A stretch of 64,000 nucleotides of DNA from Roseibacillus sp. (GTDB lineage Bacteria; Verrucomicrobiota; Verrucomicrobiia; Verrucomicrobiales; Akkermansiaceae), in NCBI GenBank assembly GCA_051251855.1, contig JBPOGI010000002.1, positions 1 through 64,000 on the forward strand. Direction: 5' to 3'. Made by a program: the position numbers and the translations under genes. The notes under the pieces are model-generated. The model did not search any database, was not told the origin of the DNA, and was given only the letters and a program-made list of their open reading frames with translations. Shown here piece by piece: positions 45,829-54,742 of the stretch (positions within the stretch are counted from its first letter, which is position 1; every line of letters starts with the position of its first letter).

Positions 45829-46671
45829 ATGAAAACACTCCTCTCTCTCTTTTCCCTGATATTCGGTTTATTGACATCTCTTCTAGCACGGGGTGAAGAG
45901 GTTTCTACCCGTCCCGCTGCTCCAGAGGGGTACCGTTGGGAATCGGTGAGTGCATTGAGCGACGAGTTCGAGAGCGATGCCCTTGATGAATCCAAGTGGC
46001 AGCCAACGCATCCTTATTGGTCAGGCCGTGAGCCAAGTCGTTTTGATTCAACGAATGTTTCTGTAAAGGATGGCTTTTTACGGTTGCGGTCACATAGCCT
46101 TGTCAAGGAACTCTCGGAGGTCACCAATCCTATGGAAGATGTTTGGGTGCATAGCTCTTGCGTGACTTCTCTTAACCCCACTGCTCGGCCCGGTTCTTAC
46201 TTTGAGTGTCGGATGAAGGCTTCTGAGTTAAGTATGACTTCATCTTTTTGGTTTCAGGGGAAGAAATTCGAAATTGATGTGGTGGAGCAAATCGGAGCGC
46301 CTATCAAGGAGCCTGAGCAGGCCTACAAGATGTTAATGAATAGTCACTGGTTTGAGACTAAGAGTGGCGGCGAGTCCGACCACTCAACGCCCACCAAATG
46401 GATTATGCCCGACAAGTCATCGGAACGCTTTCACACTTATGGTCTCTGGTGGAAGAGTGAGACTGAAGGGTGGTTCTATCACGACGGAGTGAAAGTGGCT
46501 GAGATGACTTTTCCCACTGCCTTTACAACGCCGATGTTTCTCTTTTTGGATACCGAGGTTTTTACGTGGGCTGGGCTGCCCACCTTGGAATCTCTTGCCG
46601 ATGAAAGCAAGAATACCATGCTGGTAGACTGGGTGCGGAGCTGGAGACTCGTGCCAGAGGAGTCGCAGTAG
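45829..46671 (+). CDS. glycoside hydrolase family 16 (porphyranase/agarase-like)
   Basis: LSDEF, catalytic EIDVVE, FHTYGLWW, VDWVRSW; signal peptide. Confidence 0.88.
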   Translation: MKTLLSLFSLIFGLLTSLLARGEEVSTRPAAPEGYRWESVSALSDEFESDALDESKWQPTHPYWSGREPSRFDSTNVSVKDGFLRLRSHSLVKELSEVTNPMEDVWVHSSCVTSLNPTARPGSYFECRMKASELSMTSSFWFQGKKFEIDVVEQIGAPIKEPEQAYKMLMNSHWFETKSGGESDHSTPTKWIMPDKSSERFHTYGLWWKSETEGWFYHDGVKVAEMTFPTAFTTPMFLFLDTEVFTWAGLPTLESLADESKNTMLVDWVRSWRLVPEESQ

Positions 46672-46674
46672 GTC

Positions 46675-47436
46675 CTACTTAATGAGTGAAAAGTCGGTGG
46701 CTTTCATCATTAGAGATTGAACCCCCTTCTTCACGAGAATACGGCCGCCTGCTTCCTCCTCGGAAGCGGTAGCAACAGCTCTCCACTTGGGATCGTTGCG
46801 GAAAAGGTCCCAAGATTTTTTCGCGGCGTCGGCATCCTGATGAGCAAGGAAGTAGATGAGGATGTTTTCGGAGTTTTCTTGGTCAGCTAACAATTCGAAG
46901 TATCCTAGGTTGGTCATGCCGTGTTTTTTGAAAAGTTCACAGGTATGGTTACGGAAGCGTTTGTGGAGAGCTGGTAGCATTCCCTCCGCAGTGGTGTAAG
47001 TGCGCATCTCAAAGATGCGAGCTGGATCTTCTGTTTTGCTGAAGTCACTTGAGAAGTCGGTTTCCTTGAGAAAAAGGGAATCAATTTTAGCAACAAGCTT
47101 ACCGTCGGCTATGGAGGCTTGATAAGCAGTCTTCCAATCGGGGTCATCAAGAAAGCCTTTCCATGAAGCTTCCCGAGCTTCCTTACTGGGGTAGGAGAGC
47201 AGGTAGACGAGGGTGTTGCCGGTGTTGTCGGTGGGGACCCAATAACCTACGTTGGTCATGCCGTGTTTTTCGAAGAGGCTTACCGTGTGATCTCGAAAGC
47301 GGGATTGCAGAGCATTCAGCTTATTCTCTTTAGCGTGATAGGTTCGGAGTTCGAAGACGCGGGCGTCGGGTTCAGCTTGGAGAGAGGCGAGGGTCATGGT
47401 GAAGATGAAGGTGAAGAGGCAGAGATTTCGGAACAT
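46675..47436 (-). CDS. tandem NIPSNAP-domain exported protein
   Basis: Two repeats of FELRTY...RFRDHT..LF.KHGMTN.GY...W..F..DP.W. Confidence 0.9.
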   Translation of the reverse strand: MFRNLCLFTFIFTMTLASLQAEPDARVFELRTYHAKENKLNALQSRFRDHTVSLFEKHGMTNVGYWVPTDNTGNTLVYLLSYPSKEAREASWKGFLDDPDWKTAYQASIADGKLVAKIDSLFLKETDFSSDFSKTEDPARIFEMRTYTTAEGMLPALHKRFRNHTCELFKKHGMTNLGYFELLADQENSENILIYFLAHQDADAAKKSWDLFRNDPKWRAVATASEEEAGGRILVKKGVQSLMMKATDFSLIK

Positions 47437-47489
47437 GGTGCAAATAGATTAAGTGAGAGAGCGGGGAAAGCACGTGCAATTTTACCGGC

Positions 47490-48023
47490 TCAAAAAAGCA
47501 ACATCGCCAAAGCCATGACAGCCATTCCGACGTCTTCGATGACGGCCACGGTAGAGAGGGGGACGTTGAGAGAGCTGCCCATACAGGCGCACTTGAGGTC
47601 GAGACCTTTGGCGAGGGCGCGAAAGATGCCAACGGCTCCAAAGGTCATGAGAATGATGGTGGCGAGGTAGACGAGTTGTGGCTGCCAGTGGGAGAGGTAA
47701 CCCAAAGCGAGTACGAGCTCTAGGAAAGGATAGAGTAGCGCGTAGGGGCGTGATCTTCCGGCTAGCAAATCATACTTCTGGAAGCCATCCGCAAAGCCCG
47801 AGAGGTCGAAGAGCTTGAGCATGCTAAAGCTGAGGAGAAAGAGTCCCATGAAGTCGTGCATGGCCATCTTTCCGTCCCAAGCACCGTAGTGAACCTGTTT
47901 AGCGGCCGCAGCCAAAATCGCCAAGGCAATGAGCACAATCAACGGGATGTAGCGATGCCAGCGAGGGGGCTCAGGCGCTCCTCCCGAGCAGCAAGAGGGA
48001 GTGCTTTCTTCCTTCGATTCCAT
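47490..48023 (-). CDS. MauE/DoxX-like membrane protein
   Basis: FMGLF...FS.LKLFDL.GFA..F..YDLLA...YPFLEL...CACMG..LNVPLSTV.VIED. Confidence 0.78.
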   Translation of the reverse strand: MESKEESTPSCCSGGAPEPPRWHRYIPLIVLIALAILAAAAKQVHYGAWDGKMAMHDFMGLFLLSFSMLKLFDLSGFADGFQKYDLLAGRSRPYALLYPFLELVLALGYLSHWQPQLVYLATIILMTFGAVGIFRALAKGLDLKCACMGSSLNVPLSTVAVIEDVGMAVMALAMLLF

Positions 48024-48032
48024 GAAGCCAGA

Positions 48033-51023
48033 CTATGGACTCGTCTCACTCTCGACGCGAAAGAATTCTTTGGCTGGGGAAGTGACGTCGATGGTGAAAG
48101 AGAGATCGCTTTGCACTCCGCAGTCATTCTCGGTGAAAAAAGAGACGTCATGAGAGTCGAAGGAAGCGAGGTCTTCGGAGCCGCCGATCCAGAGCTTGGT
48201 GGAGCCGTCGCGCAGAAGATATTTCTTATCAATACCTGCAGTAGCGGTGGAGTCCCAAAGCCACCAAGCCACCGGGAACCCCATGGTGAGGTCAGGGGAA
48301 GAGTAGTCAGTGATTTGGAAGAGGTGGGGGTGACCTTCGGGAAAAGTTGGATCCAGCCCATGGACATACTCCTCAAGGTTGGAGTAGGGGTCGCCGTCGT
48401 CGTTGTCGCTTTCGCTCACATTGGTGAGAAGAAACCAAGAGGTCCAATCATCGTAGCTAGTGTAGCAACCCGGATAGATGGAGTCAGCTTTGACCTGTGG
48501 ATAGCTGATGCCACCATGTTCGATGGTGGTCGTGTGCGTGGAGTGGGTGATGAAGTCGTTTGTGAGATCAATGGGCGAGAGCCATGGGTTGGCAGAGTGG
48601 AATTGGATAAAAGAGCCCGCGGCGAGAGCGGCGGAAGCAGAAGTTCCGGTAAAGAGCTTGGTCGTTTGCAGGCCGAGGACCTCGGTTGCGACAACGGTAT
48701 TTTTTCCCGGAGCAAGGGCTCTCAAGGCTGGTCCAGAATTCGAGATTCCTAGGAATCCTCCGGACAGGTCTGAGCTTCCAACGCAGAGCACACCAGGCGT
48801 GGTGCCTAATTGAGAGGGCGCGTAGTCTGCGGCGAGTCCCCCTTCGTTCCCAGCTGACATAATGATGGGCATGTTCACGGTCAGGCAGGCGTTGATGCTG
48901 TTGTTCAAGGCGTCCAAATCATCGGAGTCCACCAGCGAGACCGAGTTTGAGGCAATGAGAATGACGGCAGGGGTGTAGAGATTTTGCGAACTTGTGCGGT
49001 CGACTCTGGCTTCGTTGAGAGCCTTGACGAGGGCTGAGGCTCGCGTGCCACCGAGGGATGGATAGATGTCGTAGACCTTGGTCGTGATGGGGGTGTGCTG
49101 GGCGGCACCTTCATTGGGACCTGCGACAAGCGATAGGAGGTTGGTGCCGTGCTCCGAGGTGATGATGGAGTGTGGTTCGGCTCCTGAGCGGATGAGCTCT
49201 CCGTAGCCGCCCACGAGAGGGTCGAGAATGTTGAGGTGACTGTTGGATGAAAAGTAGCTCCCACCAGGATCGGTGACAGCTGTGTCGATGAGGTAGAGGC
49301 GCACTGGTTGGCACATCTCGGGGTAGCTATAGGAGTATGGGCTGGCAGCGGAGGCGTCATTGAGGTTGGCCAAGTTTTGTGACGAGGGCGAGACGGTGCC
49401 TGAGGTTCTGATAAGAATATCTCTATCGACCTCATAGAGGTTGGAAGCCTCTATGAGGTCGATATCTTGATCGGAGATAAAAGCAGCATAGCCAACTACG
49501 CCAATATCGATGCCACCAGCGCCAGGAATGAGGTCGGGGTAGTCGAACTCGTGGTAGATTTCGGCAGGCGTCGAGAGCTGGGGGATAGTGCCTTGTTCTC
49601 CTTGTAGCACGGACTTTAAGTTGGCAAGGAACTGCGCCGAGGGCGTGGGGTCGTCTGGAGTTTGGTGAATAATATAGGCGGCTTGAAGAGGAAGGTTCTT
49701 GGTGAAGGCTGCAAAGAGGTGGGTGCTGCCCCCGGGGAGGATGTCGCTGCCAAAGATGAGGTCTCCGGAGTCTTGCTGGTTACCTACGATGACTTGTTCT
49801 TCTCGAAGAGGGGCCGAGATTCCTTGGGCTTTTGCAATCGATCCTCCACTGGAGGTGAGGAAGCGGTAAGGCAGCCCTCCGTCACCGACGGAAAGAATAC
49901 CGGTGTCTTTGTTACCTACTCGTTGCTTCCCCTCGAAGGTGAAGGGGCCGTTGAAGTTGACGGCAAGGTGAACGTTGCCCATGGGATCGTGAGCAAGGTC
50001 GGTGGAAGTCATGGTGGAGGTAGCGGCATCTCCAGCGGCAATACGGGTCGACCACAAGTAGTTGCCGTCTGACTGAATGCGGACCAGATAGCTTTCCTGA
50101 ATGGTTAAGGGAGATGACTGAGCATCGAGCAAAGAGCCTTCATAGCTGACCTGAGCATTGGTGGTGGAGAGGGAAAAGGAGATGAGGCCTTGGGGAGAGA
50201 CTCCCAACCCTCCCGCCACTTCGTCCTCGCTCGAGGAGGCAAACTTTTCCCAGAGAAGAGTTCCCGTTTCCGAAATCGCTGAAATGCGAATGTCGCTTCC
50301 GTTGCTACCGGTCGAATCGAGGACGGTGCTCAGGACGAAGCTTTTGGCCTGTCCGTTGATGAGCGATTGGGTGGCAATGTGTTCCAGCGTGATGGTGTCT
50401 GTATTGGCGTTGATGTCCCACAGGAAGATACCATTGTTATCACGTTTCATGACGAGCTTGCTGGGGCCGGTGAGGTACATGGAATCGTTGCTGTCTACGG
50501 CGATGGAGCGCGGGATGAAGCTGCCGAGAGAGGTGGCGGATATCCAGCTGCCGGTCGCTTGATCGAGGATTGCGACGAAGCCTTCGGAGTCCGTTGGTGC
50601 TGGCAGCGAGATCGTTTGGCTGGGGTCGAAGAAGACCTCGTCTTCATAGCTGCCACAAACGTAGATTAGACCGGTATCCTCAGTGAGCACGAGGTCGCTG
50701 ATGAGAACCGAGCCATTCGAAGAGGTAGTAGCTGCCCATTGGGTGAGCCAACCACCACTCGTATTGGGGGAAAGTTTGACCACCAATCCCCCAGGCACGC
50801 TTGAGGAAAGATTGCCGCTCAAGCCCGGTAATACAATGACTCCCTCAAAGTGTCCGCCCGCAAAGGCTTCGTCGTGGGGAGAGGAACGCGGGGCTTCTAC
50901 GGCCGTGAAGATCGCTTGGCTGGTGGAGCCCCCCGAGTTGAGCGCAAAGTTCCAATCGACGATTTCGGAGCCTAAAAGGGAGCTGATACTCAGGGCTAAG
51001 AGAAAGAGAAGGTGGCGAAACAT
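48033..51023 (-). CDS. secreted S8 (subtilisin-like) peptidase with N-terminal beta-propeller and C-terminal 'FFR' domain
   Basis: Triad motifs LIDTAV, EHGTNL, FTGTSASA; oxyanion SAGNEG; DDGDPYSNLEEY..GLDP; ends KEFFRVE. Confidence 0.8.
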   Translation of the reverse strand: MFRHLLFLLALSISSLLGSEIVDWNFALNSGGSTSQAIFTAVEAPRSSPHDEAFAGGHFEGVIVLPGLSGNLSSSVPGGLVVKLSPNTSGGWLTQWAATTSSNGSVLISDLVLTEDTGLIYVCGSYEDEVFFDPSQTISLPAPTDSEGFVAILDQATGSWISATSLGSFIPRSIAVDSNDSMYLTGPSKLVMKRDNNGIFLWDINANTDTITLEHIATQSLINGQAKSFVLSTVLDSTGSNGSDIRISAISETGTLLWEKFASSSEDEVAGGLGVSPQGLISFSLSTTNAQVSYEGSLLDAQSSPLTIQESYLVRIQSDGNYLWSTRIAAGDAATSTMTSTDLAHDPMGNVHLAVNFNGPFTFEGKQRVGNKDTGILSVGDGGLPYRFLTSSGGSIAKAQGISAPLREEQVIVGNQQDSGDLIFGSDILPGGSTHLFAAFTKNLPLQAAYIIHQTPDDPTPSAQFLANLKSVLQGEQGTIPQLSTPAEIYHEFDYPDLIPGAGGIDIGVVGYAAFISDQDIDLIEASNLYEVDRDILIRTSGTVSPSSQNLANLNDASAASPYSYSYPEMCQPVRLYLIDTAVTDPGGSYFSSNSHLNILDPLVGGYGELIRSGAEPHSIITSEHGTNLLSLVAGPNEGAAQHTPITTKVYDIYPSLGGTRASALVKALNEARVDRTSSQNLYTPAVILIASNSVSLVDSDDLDALNNSINACLTVNMPIIMSAGNEGGLAADYAPSQLGTTPGVLCVGSSDLSGGFLGISNSGPALRALAPGKNTVVATEVLGLQTTKLFTGTSASAALAAGSFIQFHSANPWLSPIDLTNDFITHSTHTTTIEHGGISYPQVKADSIYPGCYTSYDDWTSWFLLTNVSESDNDDGDPYSNLEEYVHGLDPTFPEGHPHLFQITDYSSPDLTMGFPVAWWLWDSTATAGIDKKYLLRDGSTKLWIGGSEDLASFDSHDVSFFTENDCGVQSDLSFTIDVTSPAKEFFRVESETSP

Positions 51024-51234
51024 GGGTTTGGCGGTTGTTTTTGAGAAGGCATCGGCTGGCTTCAACCGTAGGAACTACCCCCGATTTTCTCATTTTTGAC
51101 AATGAATCGTGATCCTCACGGTTCTAGTGAAGATGATACGGCGAGAGGCGAAAAGGGAAAAGATGCTCTCAGAGAGGGGGAGGCTGCCGTTCTTTGGGAG
51201 GGACATCCGTCGGCACTACGCTTTTATAAGGAAA

Positions 51235-52917
51235 GTGAGAGGATGTTTTCTGGTTGGAGTTTTGGCCCTGCTGCCTTGCGCGTTGTCGGCGCAGGACCGG
51301 TTTGTTCCTACCGTGGAAAACGAGTCCCGCTCGAGCGCCTTGCCCTTTGGGGGGAATCAACCGGCGGTCGGTGATGATCAGGTGGTGCTGGTGGACCCTG
51401 TGATGAGCTTGAGCGTGACGACGGCTGAGTCGGTGACTTTGACTCAGGAGGGAGTGATTTTTTCAGGATTGACGGTGGCGAGGCAAGAAGAGCTTCGCAT
51501 GCGTTTGCAGTTTTTTCTTAATCGACCCCTCACCGAGCAAGCACTCCTGACGCTTACCGAGTTAGTCGTGAGCCACTATGAGGAGAATGATCGCCCGGTG
51601 GTTGAGGTATGGGTTCCGCCTCAAGACGAGAATGACCAGCAGACTCTCACCGTGCGGGTGATTGAGGGCAAGGTGGGGCAGGTGCAGTTACGTGAGCCTC
51701 GTTATTTTGACTCGGGGCGATTGGCGCCGGCGCTGTGGGCAAAGAACGGGCGCTTGCTACGTTCTTCGGATCTTACCGCGACCACTTCATGGCTGAGCCG
51801 CAATCCGTTTCGTAAGGCTGAGCTCTTTGTCGCTGCAGGCAGCGGGGAGGGGGAGGCTGACTTGGTTTTTGCCCTGGACGAAAAGAGGCCTTGGCGGGGT
51901 TACGTGGGTTACGAAAATACCGGCACCGAAGTCACGGGGGAGAGTCGTTTTTTACTCGGGGGGATTTGGGGAAATGCCTTTGGGTTCGATCACATTGTGG
52001 CTTATCAAGCGACGCTCGGATCGGACTTAGATCAATTCCAAGCGCATGGTCTTTCTTGGGAAGCGCCCATTCACCATCGACATGAATTTCTACGTCTCAC
52101 ATCGAGTTGGGCCGAAGTCTCCAGCGAAGCGATGACAAATCTGGGGAGTGCGGATATCGAGGGGAGCAGCTTTCAGGTGGCCTTGAGCTATGGGCGACAA
52201 GTGATTCGTGGGGATTGGCAAGGAGAGTTCAGTGGAGGCCTCGAGTTCAAGCGTTCCGACACCTTCCTAACTTTTAGTGACCAAGTGGACCTCTCGTCCG
52301 ACTCTCCGGTGGAAGTGGTTCAGTTTCGGTTGAATGCCCAGTTGCAAAAAGCAGCCAAGACTGAGAGCGGGTGGAATACTGATTTGCGGGTTTCTCTAGT
52401 GGCCAGTCCAGGAGGGTTTTCGGGGCGAAATACTGACGGCGAGTTCGCATCCTATCGCGCGGGCGCCGATGCCTCCTACCTCTATCTGCGAGGCAATGGG
52501 CAATGGTCGCGAGGCTGGAAGGATTGGACTCTTCTTGTGCGAGCGGAAGCCCAAGTCGCCAGCGGTGCTCTTCTCCCCAGCGAGCAACTAGGAATGGGAG
52601 GGATGCGCACCGTGCGCGGGTATCGTGAGAGGGAATTTCTGGCGGATAGCGGTTGGTGGGGCAGTGTGGAAGCACGGAGCCCAGCATGGAGAAGCCAGTT
52701 CTGGGAAAAAGAGTTCAGCGTCCAAGGCCTGTTCTTCGTGGATCATGGATTTACTTGGCGGGAAGGGGAGGATGCGGAGCAGCTCTTTAGCCTAGGTCTT
52801 GGAGCTCGCGCCCAGTGGGGTGGTGCCACTTTGCGAGCTGACCTCGGAGTTCCTTTGACTGAAGGAGAGCAAGATAGCGACCCACGCGCCCACGTGGGGC
52901 TCACCTACCGCTGGTAG
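51235..52917 (+). CDS. TpsB (ShlB/FhaC/HecB) outer-membrane transporter
   Basis: POTRA region (HY...V.VPPQ...L.VRVIEGKVG), ENTG...TG, EQLGMGGMRTVRGY motif, aromatic C-terminus. Start uncertain. Confidence 0.88.
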   Translation: MRGCFLVGVLALLPCALSAQDRFVPTVENESRSSALPFGGNQPAVGDDQVVLVDPVMSLSVTTAESVTLTQEGVIFSGLTVARQEELRMRLQFFLNRPLTEQALLTLTELVVSHYEENDRPVVEVWVPPQDENDQQTLTVRVIEGKVGQVQLREPRYFDSGRLAPALWAKNGRLLRSSDLTATTSWLSRNPFRKAELFVAAGSGEGEADLVFALDEKRPWRGYVGYENTGTEVTGESRFLLGGIWGNAFGFDHIVAYQATLGSDLDQFQAHGLSWEAPIHHRHEFLRLTSSWAEVSSEAMTNLGSADIEGSSFQVALSYGRQVIRGDWQGEFSGGLEFKRSDTFLTFSDQVDLSSDSPVEVVQFRLNAQLQKAAKTESGWNTDLRVSLVASPGGFSGRNTDGEFASYRAGADASYLYLRGNGQWSRGWKDWTLLVRAEAQVASGALLPSEQLGMGGMRTVRGYREREFLADSGWWGSVEARSPAWRSQFWEKEFSVQGLFFVDHGFTWREGEDAEQLFSLGLGARAQWGGATLRADLGVPLTEGEQDSDPRAHVGLTYRW

Positions 52918-53049
52918 ACGGGGAAGAGGGGGAGTGGAGCGGCTCAAAACCATCGTGAATGGGGGAGAACAGGCAAAATCAAAGAAGATCGCGAGAGAAG
53001 ATTGACGCTCCCCCCAAAATCTGATTTTCTCCCCGTCCCCTCAATAACT

Positions 53050-53140
53050 GGACCAGTGGCTGAGTGGTCGAAAGCGCTCGCCTGCTAAGTGAGTATACTC
53101 CAAAAGGGTATCCAGGGTTCGAATCCCTGCTGGTCCGCCA
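53050..53140 (+). tRNA. tRNA-Ser (anticodon GCT)
   Basis: Acceptor GGACCAG/CTGGTCC-G-CCA, D-loop GAGTGG, anticodon arm CTCGC-CT-GCT-AA-GTGAG, long variable arm, GGTTCGAATCC. Confidence 0.97.
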
Positions 53141-53151
53141 TATTTATAACT

Positions 53152-53182
53152 CGCTGTAATCAAGTTGATTGCAGCGTTTTTG
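53152..53182 (+). terminator. hairpin plus T-tract after tRNA-Ser
   Basis: CGCTGTAATCAA-G-TTGATTGCAGCG followed by TTTTT. Confidence 0.65.
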
Positions 53183-53198
53183 TTTCAAGGTGGTTCGG

Positions 53199-53220
53199 AA
53201 GTGACACTAAAAGTGACACT
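53199..53220. repeat. AAGTGACACT direct repeat at 12-bp period (possible integrase arm-type sites)
   Basis: AAGTGACACT-AA-AAGTGACACT about 60 bp after the tRNA 3' end. Confidence 0.5.
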
Positions 53221-53296
53221 GCGTCCGTGGTGAACTGGAGCTGTTCGGGTTTGTTCGCCACCGCCGATTTCTGCTCTTGTTCTTTGTTCAGGAAGG

Positions 53297-54733
53297 TTGT
53301 CTTTTTTGAACGTGAACTCTCCCAAAGCTCCTTCCCCAGAGACACTGAAAAAGCTTCACGAAGACTCGGAGAGGCAGCAGGCCAAGGAAAGAGCTGATGC
53401 TGCAGAAAATAGGAAGAAAGCAAAGAAGGCCACAAAGAAGGCGACCTCTAAGACGAATAGACAAAAAGGAGCTAAGAAGTCGCGTCGCAAGAAGGCAGTC
53501 AAGAAGGAGCGAGAAGAGAAAAAGGTGAAAGCGAAAATGGCTAGGGAAGAGATCAAGTCATCGATCACGCTGCAGAGAGCTTTGCCTCCCGAGAAGAAGC
53601 AAGAGCTCATTGATAAACTTAAAAGACCATTTTTAAGTTTATATGGATGGGCTGGTCCCGATATCAGAGATCGAAGATTGGTTCACTCCTTCGAAAGTGG
53701 GCACAAGGAACTTGAATTAGCGGGTTGGGACAAAATCGGTGAAACTTGGGCGAAATTTGACGCTGATGGCTTTCTAGTATTCGGTCCCTGTAAGTCTCTG
53801 GTGGAGACTGTGGGCACGAGCCGTGAAAAATGGAAAGTTCCGTCCTACCACGATGGTGAAAAAATTCTGCCATTCCCGGTTCCTCCACCGGAAGCATTTT
53901 GGAAGAAGCGTTGGAAAAAGTTACCGGAAAGTTATCTTGAGGGTGAGCTCGTTCCGGTGGTGGAAAAATTAACATGGGATGATGATGCCTATCGTGATGC
54001 CGAAGACTCTTGGCGTGAGTCTCTCTTGGTCTACTCTTCGTTCAGAGGGCATCCTGTGGATTTTTTAGCTCGTTACCTCGGCAACTCTCTGGCCCCGGAT
54101 TTTAGGGTGAAGGGATTGGATGTTGTGCAGGAGCAATCGCAGCTGTTTGCCACGACATCAGAAATTAAAGGGCTGAACCAGAAGCTCAAAGAGCTGGGGT
54201 TGTTTGATGGCGATTCCTTTTACTCAGACAGCTATGGCTCTCTTGAAGATGAACACGGAAAAGATGCCAAAAAATCTCCCCGTGAGCGCGTGGACACCTT
54301 TAAAAATGATCTCAGCAAACTAGCCGCCTCGGACCCCAGAAAGCCGTGGGTCGATCTGTTCGTGAATGGATCGGCTGGTACTGAACTTCGGGCAGAAATT
54401 CAGGCGCTACTCCTGAGGTGTTTTGTTGCAGGGAGACAGTTTGAACGGGTCTTGTCTAAAGACAAATCCAAGGTACTTTTCTCCCAATATTCTAAGCTCA
54501 AGATCCAGGGTGAGAAGAAACCAGAGGTTAGGGCGCGAGAGCAAAAATTCGCCGAGATTCTTGCACTACGGATTAAGGTCACAGGGAGCCTGAATAGATT
54601 CGGGCCGACGACTGCGAAGAAATTTCTAAAGGAACAAGAACGGGATGACCTTTTAGCGATCCTCGAAATGCCTCCAGCTAATGCCTTTAAGAATTTTCTT
54701 AGAAACGAAAGAACAAAGCCAAAATCCGCTTGA
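53297..54733 (+). CDS. hypothetical protein (Lys-rich N-terminus)
   Basis: 478-codon ORF with no motif recognised; start uncertain. Confidence 0.65.
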   Translation: MSFLNVNSPKAPSPETLKKLHEDSERQQAKERADAAENRKKAKKATKKATSKTNRQKGAKKSRRKKAVKKEREEKKVKAKMAREEIKSSITLQRALPPEKKQELIDKLKRPFLSLYGWAGPDIRDRRLVHSFESGHKELELAGWDKIGETWAKFDADGFLVFGPCKSLVETVGTSREKWKVPSYHDGEKILPFPVPPPEAFWKKRWKKLPESYLEGELVPVVEKLTWDDDAYRDAEDSWRESLLVYSSFRGHPVDFLARYLGNSLAPDFRVKGLDVVQEQSQLFATTSEIKGLNQKLKELGLFDGDSFYSDSYGSLEDEHGKDAKKSPRERVDTFKNDLSKLAASDPRKPWVDLFVNGSAGTELRAEIQALLLRCFVAGRQFERVLSKDKSKVLFSQYSKLKIQGEKKPEVRAREQKFAEILALRIKVTGSLNRFGPTTAKKFLKEQERDDLLAILEMPPANAFKNFLRNERTKPKSA

Positions 54734-54742
54734 AGGCGCTAA

